DNA of 64,000 nt from Anthoceros angustus (lineage: Eukaryota; Plantae; Anthocerotophyta): positions 860,856 through 924,855 of the forward strand of contig MU008176.1 in the NCBI GenBank assembly GCA_010909165.1. Reading direction: 5' to 3'. A program made the translations under genes and the position numbers. Position 1 is the first letter of the stretch. The number at the start of each line of letters is the position of its first letter. The notes under the pieces are model-generated. The model was not told where the DNA came from. It saw only the letters and a program-made list of their open reading frames with translations, and searched no databases. Shown piece after piece: positions 47,701 through 58,600 of the stretch.

Positions 47701-49698
47701 TAGGTCCTTAATTAAAGCATTTTTTAATGTCTTTTTATATAAAAAATATCCGAAATACTTTGCAGTTGCTATGAAAGCTACATCTTCTGGACTTTCAGTT
47801 GAATATTTTATATCATTATCTGGTGTTCCAGGAAGAGTGATTGTAGAATGACATAATGAAAGAATGAGAGTGAACATATCAATAGCTGCTCTTTGATCTC
47901 CATTTTTCCACTTAAAATCTGATAGTCTTGGATCTTCAAAAGCAAAATCCTGAGTAGAGCGTTCAACTAGATTTTCTATCTTTTTAAGATGGAAGGCATC
48001 TGGATCATGCTTTTGCACTATAGTCTTTTCTAAATCCGACATCCCTATACCGTATTGTACTCCAGCTATTGAGCACTTCAAGAATTTCATTTTATTTTGT
48101 GTAAGTGTTCCAGTTTTATCAGCTAATATAATTTTCACCTGCAAGTCCATGCAGATTTCTGTACAACAAATCTGATACTGGAATGCACCTCTTCAAGGTT
48201 TTCAAGATGAACTCTAGTAGTGAAAGTTCAATGGTGAAAATATAAAACTAATTTTAAATTATATAGAAAGAGCATGGAACTCAAAGAATTACTCGACCAA
48301 GATCTTCATTCAAATTCGATGTTCGCATTGTAGTTGCTATATCATGTTCCTCACAATATAAATGTAAATCACATGCAATAATGTACGCTTGTGCATACTT
48401 GGTAGCCTCAAGTGACATAGGAAGTACCAGAGAGCATGCATGACCTAATTAATCTATCATAAGTTCAATGCAATATACGAAGTATTCGAATCAGAATATG
48501 AAAGTCTAGAAATATACTATGTAGATGATTTAAATGAAGAATAACTTTGTTATCATATTATAATTGAAGACAAATGGGATGCTATATTACCATAAGCAAG
48601 CAAACAATACACATACCGCCAAAGCCAAGCTAGCCAAATTGTTGACGATGGAGCAAATTCTTGATAAAATGGTTTGTCATGGATAGTAATTGCTTCAATT
48701 TGCAAATACCACGGCTTTCCATGACGTGATGTGGTCCAACCACGTCCAAAACCAATTGAAATGATTGATATTATATGCAGAAAAATTATATTGTACAAAT
48801 ATAAGTCATCCACACTACGATCTACTGAACTACGTTTTGATATTTGAGAACTAGTTGAACTATTTAGTGCCATTTTAGTGTCTATCCCAACAAAAATAAC
48901 TGCTGCATATACAAATTCTGTATTCACAAGCTTCATACCCCGCAAAAGTAATTGTGCATGAGACACCGTAATTTTCTTTCCTTCAAACTTAAAAATTCCA
49001 TTAAAATCCGTAAAGAATGGATTGGGTTGCCCACATTGTAGAGTTGCATTCAACTTGTAGAAATTCTCAGGTTTATTTTGTGTTGCGTTTAATATGCCAT
49101 GTTTCACAATGGTGGCAGAACCACCATCTAAATCTTTCGTATCAACATAACAAAAGTTATCTGAATAACTTGTGGACAATAACAATAGATCTGCTGGAAC
49201 ACCCATATTTGCTTCAAGTTTCACAAGATCACCTATTTTTAAATCTTTCCAACAACACTGGTCAAAAATTCCATTCTTTTGGCATACAAGAATTGTCTGA
49301 GAATGTAGTAACTCACTAGCTTTTCTACGTCTATAGTCTTCAATAGCCTCTCTCAGCATCGCTGTCAAGAAGAAGGCAAAACAAAATCCAAATGTAGTGT
49401 GCATGGATTTTGTCAACTGGATTACATTGATCAAAGTCAGAAGAGCATAAAGCGTGCTCACTATATTAGGAACTCGTCTTAGTTGTTCATATAATGTCTT
49501 TGGGATGAAATTAATGTAAGTATATTTGTACAGTTGCAACTCATTAGAAGTTCTTGGATTTCCATAAAGTGTGCGAGCAGAACCTATGTAAATAGTTCGC
49601 AAACCAGAAGCTAGGTATATAGATTCGAAACCAGATTTGAACGTAGATATCAACCTCGATATCAATGTCTTATTGCTGGGTGTTTCCAGCTCATCCAT
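44723..49698 (-). CDS. Divergent multi-exon P4-type ATPase (phospholipid flippase, ALA family)
   Basis: KYTYINFIPKTLYEQLRR, WKDLKIGDLVK, NLNEDLGR|VKIILADKTGTLTQNKMKF, KGAD, EDKLQ, WILTGD, CCRVS, IGDGSNDIPMIQKANIGVGI, FRFLERLLLVHG. Traced exons include 49698-48591, 48444-48293 and 48138-47633 with GT-AG introns. The 3' exons are approximate. Confidence 0.9.
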
Positions 49699-50589
49699 AT
49701 CAACATAACCAATATTTGGTATAAGCCTTGTTTTGTATCATAGTGAAACCATTGAAGCTTTTTACCTTAGAGTAGTCACCTTCACAAAACTATTAGTTCA
49801 TCAGCACAGAAATATTCTAGCTCCTAGGAAGATATAAAAAGTTACATTTCTATTGTAAATGATTATGGGCTTGCTCTCATGCCCCGGAAGCAATATATCG
49901 CATTGTACAAAGAAGCTAGAGTCAATGTATAACATGGTATAACATAAGAATCATAGCAATCTTCCACCAGCCTTACTAGGCAGTTTCTCAACTAGGTATA
50001 CAAAGTATGCAATGATGAAATGAATAGACGAAAAAGAGATAAAACTTATTTTTCATTGAGGAGTTTGGGGGAAGACCATTTAAGTGTCTCGGTAAAGTGG
50101 AGGGCTATGGTATACAAGATTAGGTATTTTTTTAAATTTTAAAAAATTATTTTTAAAAAATATTTTACATAAATACATTTAAATATTTATAACAGGACTA
50201 GAATATAGTAAAATATAACAAAGTGAAGTTATTTTTCCACACAAGGTTTGTGCGCTTGGCACAATATCTCATATCTTGCATCCATGTTGATACATCCATC
50301 CCTAAACTCAATTTTTAGGATAGGTTCGAACATGGGGGACATAACATCTTTAGCTCTAATGGTAAGTAAGCCCTTTCTAATTCCCAACTAGATAAACATA
50401 TTGGGAGGAGTAGGTAGCTTGTTCAAGTTCTTTGTCCAGCAGTGGAAGAGTACGGTGACTCAGATGTGTGAGGCATCCACAAGCTAAGTGGTAGAAGAAG
50501 TATTTGTCAGATAAGTTGGTCGAGGTTTCCGACGTTGCTTGGGCTTCGTGTCGATGGAGGTAGCCAAATAGCTCATTAGAGTTAGCCCG

Positions 50590-50710
50590 GGCTAATCTCC
50601 CTTGGCCAAGCTTCCTCTAGAGGTCCCCTAGGCTAATCTCCCTTGGCCAAGGGCCCTCGAGAGGTCCCCTTGGCTAATCTCCCTTGGCCAAGGGCCCTCT
50701 AGAGGTCCTC
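50590..50710. repeat. 3 x 41-bp repeat containing palindromes (second copy ~59164-59283)
   Basis: Unit ggctaatctcccttggccaagggccctc(t/g)agaggtcccct; CCCTTGGCCAAGGG and CCTCTAGAGG are self-complementary. Confidence 0.92.
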
Positions 50711-52429
50711 ATCACCTCGGTATAGATAAGACTTCCCACTAAAGTCTTCATTCCCCTCCTATATTTTGGTGAATAATCTAATTAGAATAGGAATTAAAGA
50801 ATCACAAAAACTTATAAACAATTATCCATAAGGATAAGTTTTCCTAATAAGGATAATAGTATACAACCGAAAACAAAATCAATAATCAACCATAAACACA
50901 CCAAGGCGATGACATGTAGAGTGATGTTACCCACATCAATATTGAGCTTTTCATCTTATTGATCACTTTCGCCTTAATTCTATGGCACCAAAAGGGTAAA
51001 ATTATGCTTCCATCAAACCTATAGCAAAGCTACTATCTATGCAAGTCGAGCTTTTCATCTTAATGATCACTTTCGCCTTAATTCTATGGCACCAAAAGGG
51101 TATGGAGGTCAAGGATTCATCAAACCTAGGAGCAGACCTACTACAAGAATCTTCTACAAACCCATAGATTGCATATAGATAAAGTTAAATTTGGTTCTAT
51201 AATACCTACCTAGAATCTTTAAAATAGAATCGAAATACCTCTAGATATCCAATGGGGCTTAGTTGGGGAGTATGACATAAGATATGGATACGCATGTCAC
51301 ATGATAGATCAATTTCTATATCTAGAAATTTATTCATCGTGATAAATATATCAATAATATCGATAGGCGTATGATAGGGCATTTTGAACCAAGACATATA
51401 GAATGTTTCTAGCTAACTTCTTGGTCACCAATGAAGAGGGACGTTCTAGACTCTCTCTCGGTATTCTTCTACAACGCCTTGGTGTTAGTTCTTCAAGCAC
51501 GACCATCTAATATCATAATTGTAAAGCCCAAGGAATGACATGTAGATGTTACCCACATCAATATTGAGCTTTTCATCTTATTGATCACTACCATAATTGT
51601 ATGGCACCAAAAGGGTAAAATTATGCTTCCATCAAACCTATAGCAAAGCTACTATCTATGCAAGCTGAGCTTTTCATCTTAATGATCACTTTCGCCCTTA
51701 ATTCTATGGCACCAAAAGGGTATGGAGGCTGAAGGGATTCATCAAACCTAGGAGCAGACCTACTACAAGAATCTTCTACAAACCCATAGATTGCATATAG
51801 ATAAAGTTAAATTTGGTTCTATAATACCTACCTAGAATCTTTAAAATAGAATCAGGAAATACCTCTAGATATCCAATGGGGCTTAGTTGGGGAGTATGAC
51901 ATAAGATATGGATACGCATGTCACATGATAGATCAATTTCTATATCTAGAAATTTATTCATCGTGATAAATATATCAATAATATCGATAGTGTGATAGGG
52001 CATTTTGAACCAAGACATATAGAATGTTTCTAGCTAACTTCTTGGTCACCAATGAAGAGGGACGTTCTAGACTCTCTCTCGGTATTCTTCACGGCGAACG
52101 CCTTGGTGTTAGTTCTTCAAGCACCCACCATCTAATATCATAATTGTAAAGCCCAAGGAATGATGTAGCCAACCAAGCTAGTATAGGAAATGAGGTCGTG
52201 GTATCCAAGAAATTAAGGATCCATCCTCGGATCATGGTATTTCCATCATGGTTTAATTGTAAAATGATGTATTTGTTGGTATGATATATGCCACCACCCC
52301 ATGGCCTGAAATTAAGGATATCTATCCTTGGATCATGATGTTTCTATCAAGGATTAATTGTATTAGCGATTCGTCATGTCCCATACCCTAAGAAAGGGCC
52401 ATCCTTGGCCTTCGAACTATCTTCCTTAT

Positions 52430-52815
52430 GCTTCTACAATCCAAGGATTCCAAGGATGTCTTTGGTTTTCGAAATCTTTCCTGCAATCCAAGGATTCCGA
52501 GGATGTCCTTGGTCTTCGAAATCTCTTCTACAATCCAAGGATTAATTATGAGGATGTCCTTGGTCTTCGAAATCTCTTCTACAATCCAAGGATTAATTAT
52601 GAGGATGTCCTTGGTCTTCAAATCTCTTCTACAATCCAAGGATTAATTATGAGGATGTCCTTGGTCTTGAAATCTCTTCTACAATCCAAGGATTAATTAT
52701 GAGGATGTCCTTGGTCTTCGATATCTCTTCTACAATCCAAGGATTTTGAGGATGTCCTTAGTCTTGAAATTTCTTCTACAATCCAAGGATTAATTGAGGA
52801 TGTTCTTGGTCTTCA
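52430..52815. repeat. 50-bp subrepeat array (~7-8 copies) present in every 3.5-kb unit (also ~55957-56287, ~60386-60770, ~63905-64000)
   Basis: Unit ctacaatccaaggattaattatgaggatgtccttggtcttgaaatctctt. Confidence 0.95.
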
Positions 52816-52885
52816 AATATGAAACGAAACTTTGCCGCAACTATATATGCCGGTGACATGATACACTAATTCCAATAAAAAAAAC

Positions 52886-53355
52886 ATGGAAAGAAGTGTT
52901 GATGCCATGGAACGTGGAGCATCAATAACTCGACATCGGGGACGTCTAAAGGGGTCTAAAAACAAGAAGACACTTGCGCGGAAGGCTGTGCGACCCAAAA
53001 TGACAAATCACAAGGAATATTTGAGTCGATCCGTGGACAATATGCCATGGACGCGGCTCGAGCAAAGAAGGCAAGGAGCAAGTCCGCAAGTCCAGCTAAT
53101 TCAAGTGATGAAGAAGGTCATACAACAAACCCCAAAAGTGAGGAAAGAAGTGCCACAACAAGCCCCGTGATTGATGGGGAGGAAATGCCACAACAAGCCC
53201 TCGTAATTGATGGTGACGAAAAGCCACAAGAACCCTTAGTGATCGACAATGACAAGCGTGATAAGTTGGAAGAAATGACAAGATTGATCCATACCGACCT
53301 TTGTCCTCCTCCAAATCCCCAATGGTTGGCGGTGGTGACGACTACGACAAATTAG
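52886..53355 (+). CDS. Putative ~155-aa basic-then-acidic protein with an AT-hook-like motif; copies at ~56375-56838 and ~60834-61296; each copy has different small frameshifts
   Basis: RHRGRLKGSKNKK, then RARAKKARSKSASP, then SSDEEG and VIDGEE/VIDGDE repeats. A consensus open frame is inferred by combining the copies. Confidence 0.4.
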
Positions 53356-55103
53356 AAGAAATGACGAGATGGATCGATATTGACCTTTGTCCTCCTCATG
53401 ACTATTTTTTGGGCAATGACTATGCAATCTTTGAGTCGAGGATGGAGAAAGACCAAGAGGAGAAATAGGTATAGAAGTAGGAAAGTAAAATTGAGACGGT
53501 CTCAATTATGTGTATTGAGATATTACAAAATGTACTAAGAGTTTATTGTAAATAGTAAAATACAAACATAGTAGAAGGTTGGAAGGAATCCGAATGAGGC
53601 AATAAAAGAACAATAAACTCCGCCCCAAGGCGCCATCACCGGAAGGACTTAAATTCCAGCCAGCTTCCCAACCTACAGCATAAATGCGGATATAGTGCAC
53701 GTTGGCGTTGACGAGAAACACCCTCGCCTACCCTCATGCAATGTGACCTCACGAATCGCGGGGTGAAAGGTGGAACGGCCACGCGAGGCCCATGTTCTAG
53801 TAGCGCTGCGTGCTAGCATCGACGATTGTAACCCCATAGATTGGGCGCCACCTTTAGGTCATATTTCTCTCTCTTTACATGATTTATTGGATATATCATG
53901 GTGAAACAATTTCTTGACCCAAGTCGGGCTGCTCGACCCGGCCCTAATTGTAACCCTAAAACCTGTGGTGCTCGCCATTTTTGCTGCCGCTCCGCCCGCG
54001 TGCGGGCTCGAATCTACCGTACCGCCATGCGCTCCACGAGCGTGAGGGGATGGCAGCCATGGTCTCACCCTTGCGGTCACACACCATCCCGTCCGACTAC
54101 ATAGCTTGTGTGCAATACTCTGAAGTATTTAGTGATTGCCTTGAATGGCCGGAGGAATGGAGTGTAGAATAATGTGCTCCGCTTTCGTTAGGGGTGCTAG
54201 AATGTCTAGGATTTTGTTGCGTTGGGCATAGGAAATGTGTGCGATGGTAGTGCAATGAGAAAGGAGATACCATTTGTGGGATTTTGTCACGGTATGGTTG
54301 TGCTTAAACCGTCTTCTCAATGTGATTGCGTGCTTGATCGATTCTCACGGACTCCTTGCAATGGTAGCCCTATAGAAACGGTTACACTGCTCTTCCCCGA
54401 CCTCTTTATGATTTTGGACGACCTTCCAATTGAGCTCAGGTTGTTGGCTCCCCCTCTCATGTTGCTGCCGCATTGTCATTCGTCTTTGAGCAGGACAGTC
54501 GCAAAGAGGAGGGTTCTTTGCTATTTAACTTACGTGGCAATTTATTGTGTGAGGAGCGGGAGTGAGGCGGCACGGTGCCCATCGCTTGGATTTTGTACAC
54601 ATAAACTAGGAGACAAAGTGATACAACAAGATGACTGAAAGAACTAGGGTGTTGTCCCCTTTGTAATCTTGGACAGGTTAAGACAGTTAGCTAGCACAAG
54701 TTCAATAATGGACCATGTGCTAGCTAACTATCTCTAAGACAGGTTGAGAAGGACTTATCAGTATTCCTAGACCGTAGAGGGATATTGTTCAGTATTTCTC
54801 TACTCTATAGCACCGTGTTTACGATTCATGTGCAATGAAAGATGCCAAGCAGTTCCATGGTCTAACTTAATAGCACCAAAAGGGTATGGAGGCTGAAGGG
54901 ATTTATCAAACGCTAGAAGCGGGCGTACTATTAGAATCTTCTACGAACCCATAGATTGCATACTATCGAGCGGATCGCTGTCGATTCTACTCGAAAATGT
55001 CTACCTACGTGGAACCAGAAGACAAGCAGTGTTAATGGACAGCCAAAATGATGCTTAGATTTCGAGGGAAGAAGAAGAATTCTACAACTTTGGGCACACT
55101 TTG

Positions 55104-55680
55104 CCTACAAGGTGGCAACCCAATCGGGACCTGCCACCCATCTCGCCTGCAAGGTGAGGTGGCTAGAAGCTCTATGTGTGTGGTACACACCGGGACCGTG
55201 CCGCCACCCATGGTGCCCTCATATAGGGCAAGCACACAACCTAGGGCCTTCCGGATAATGCCACTTTACGGTCACATGCGACGTTATAGCTGAGTTTTCA
55301 AATCAACATTGCCTACATATCTTTGTATATAGATAAAGTTAAATTTGGTTCTATAATACCTACCTAGAATCTTTAAAATAGAATCGAAATACCTCTAGAT
55401 ATCCAATGGGGCTTAGTTGGGGAGTATGACATAAGATATGGATACGCATGTCACATGATAGATCAATTTCTATATCTAGAAATTTATTCATCGTGATAAA
55501 TATATCAATAATATCGATAGGCGTATGATAGGGCATTTTGAACCAAGACATATAGAATGTTTCTAGCTAACTTCTTGGTCACCAATGAAGAGGGACGTTC
55601 TAGACTCTCTCGGTATTCTTCTACTGACGCCTTGGTGTTAGTTCTTCAAGCACGACCATCTAATATCATAATTGTAAAGC
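55104..55680 (+). pseudogene. Diverged inverted copy of the oxidoreductase 3' end and downstream flank (source ~31018-31730); also at ~58550-59120 and ~63054-63620
   Basis: Blocks shared with the reverse complement of the source: ctacaaggtgg, agaagctctatgtgtg, caccgggacc, catggygccctc, tgcctacatatctttg, taacttctt, gaccatctaatatcataatt. Confidence 0.88.
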
Positions 55681-58600
55681 CCAAGGAATGATGTAGCCAA
55701 CCAAGCTAGTATAGGAAATGAGGTCGTGGTATCCAAGAAATTAAGGATCCATCCTCGGATCATGGTATTTCCATCATGGTTTAATTGTATAATGATGTAT
55801 TTGTTGGTATGATGTATGCCACCACCCATGGCACGAAATGAAGGATATCTATCCTTGGATCATGATCTTTCTATCAAGGATTAATTGTATTAGCGATTTG
55901 TCATGTCCCATACCTTAAGAAAGGGCCATCCTTGGCCTTGAACTATCTTCCTTATGCTTCTACAATCCAAGGATTCCGAGGATGTCCTTGGTCTTCAAAT
56001 CTCTTCTACAATCCAAGGATTAATTATGAGGATGTCCTTGGTCTTGAAATCTCTTCTACAATCCAAGGATTAATTATGAGGATGTGCTTGGTCTTGAAAT
56101 CTCTTCTACAATCCAAGGATTAATTATGAGGATGTCCTTGGTCTTCTCTTCTACAATCCAAGGATTAATTATGAGGATGTCCTTGGTCTTCGATATCTCT
56201 TCTACAATCCAAGGATTTTGAGGATGTCCTTAGTCTTCAAATTTCTTCTACAATCCAAGGATTAATTGAGGATGTTCTTGGTCTTCAAATATGAAACAAA
56301 CTTTTGCCGCAACTATATATGCCGGTGACATGATACACTAATTCCAATAAAAAAAAAAGCAGAAGTGTTGATGCCATGGAACGTGGAGCATCAATAACTC
56401 GACATCGGGGCGTCTAAAGGGGTCTAAAACAAGAAGACACTTGCCGCGGAAGGCATTGCGATGTGACCCAAAATGACAAATCACAAGGAATATTTGAGTC
56501 GAGGATCCGTGGACAATATGCCATGGACGCGGGCTCGAGCAAAGAAGGCAAGGAGCAAGTCCGCAAGTCCAAGTCCAGCTAATTCAAGTGATGAAGAAGG
56601 TCATACAACAAACCCCAAAAGTGAGGAAAGAAGTGCCACAACAAGCCCCGATGATTGATGGGAGGAAATGCCACAACAAGCCCTCGTAATTGATGGTGAC
56701 GAAAAGCCACAAGAACCCTTAGTGATCGACAATGACAAGCTGTGATAAGTTGGAAGAAATGACAAGATTGATCCATACCGACCTTTGTCCTCCTCCAAAT
56801 CCCCAATGGTTGGCGGTGGTGGCGACTACGACAAATTAGAAGAAATGACGAGATGGATCGATATTGACCTTTGTCCTCCTCATGACTATTTTTTTGGGCA
56901 ATGACTATGCAATCTTTGAGTCGAGGATGGAGAAAGACCAAGAGGAGAAATAGGTATAGAAGTAGGAAAGTAAAATTGAGACGGTCTCAATTATGTGTAT
57001 TGAGATATTACAAAATGTACTAAGAGTTTATTGTAAATAGTAAAATACAAACATAGTAGAAGGTTGGAAGGAATCCGAATGAGGCAATAAAAGAACAATA
57101 AACTCCGCCCCAAGGCGCCATCACCGAAGGACTTAAATTCCAGCTTCCCAACCTACATAGCGAGATATAGTGCACGTTGGCGTGAAACACCCTCGCTCTA
57201 CCCTCATGCAATGTGACCTCACGAATGTCGGGGTGAAAGGTGGAACGGGCCACGAGGCCCATGTTGCTGTAGGCTGCTGCGGGCTAGCATCGACGATTGT
57301 AACCCATAGATTGGGCGCCTTTAGGTCATATTTCTCTCTCTTTACATGATTTATTGGATATATCATGGTGAAACAATTTCTTCGGCCCAAGTCGGGCTGC
57401 TCGACCCCTAATTGTAACCCTAAAACCTGTTGTGGTGCTCGCCATTTTTGCTGCCCGCTCCGCCGTGATGCGGGCTCGAATCTACCGTACCGCCATGCCG
57501 CTCCACGGCGTGAGGGGATGGCAGCCATGGTCTCACCCTTGCGCACGCACACCATCTGTAGTCCGACTACATAGCTTGTGTGCAATACTCGGCTGAAGTA
57601 TTTAGTGATTGCCTTGAATGGCCGGAGGAATGGAGTGTAGAATAATGTGCTCCCGCTTTCGCTAGGGGTGGAATGTCTAGGATTTTGTTGCGGTTGGGCA
57701 TAGGAAATGTGCAATGGTAGTGCAATGAGAAAGGAGATACCATTTGTGGGATTTTGTCACCGTATGGTTGTGCTTAAACCGTCTTCTCAATGTGATTGCG
57801 TGCTTGATCGATTCTCACGGACTCCTTGCAATGGTAGCCCTATAGAAAGCGGTTACCGCTCTTCCCGACCTCTTTATGATTTTGGACGACCTTCCAATTG
57901 AGCTCGGTTGATGGCTCCCCTCTCATGTTGCCGCATTGTCATTCGCCTTTGAGCGGGGCGATCGCAAGAGGAGGGTTCTTTGCTATTTAACTTACGTGGC
58001 AATTTATTGTGTGAGGAGCGGGAGTGAGGCAGACCGGTGCCCATCGATTGGATTTTGTACACATAAACTAGGAGAAAAAGTGATACAACAAGATGATCGA
58101 AAGAACTAGGTGTTGTCCCTTTGTAATCTTGACGAGTTAAGGCAGTTAGCTAGCACAAGTTCAATAATGGACCATGTGGCTAACTATCTTAAGACAAAGT
58201 TGAGAAGGACTTATCAAGATTCCTAGACCGTAGAGGGATATTGTTCAAGATCCTCTACTCTATAGCACCGTGTTTACGATTCATGTGCAATGAAAGATGC
58301 CAAGCCCATGGTCTAACTTAATAGCACCAAAAGGGTATGGAGGTGAAGGGATTTATCAAACGCTAGAAGCGGGCGTACTATTAGAATCTTCTACGAACCC
58401 ATAGATTGCATACTATCGGGCGATCATGCCGATTCTACTCGAAAATGTCTACCACGTGGAACCAGGTACAAAGCAGTGTTAATGGACAGCCAAAATGACG
58501 GTTAGATTTCGAGGAAGAAGAAGAATTCTACAACTTTGGGCACACTTTGCCTACAAGGTGGCAACCCAATCGGGGACACCCATCGCCCCGCAAGGTGAGT

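Noticed and set aside
52430-52815. 50-bp repeats as CRISPR, or the short ORFs across them as genes
   Set aside because: No spacers; the period is not a multiple of 3, so the ORFs simply cycle through frames.
53930-53965. taaccctaaa as an interstitial telomere
   Set aside because: A single imperfect unit per repeat; at most a telo-box-like motif.
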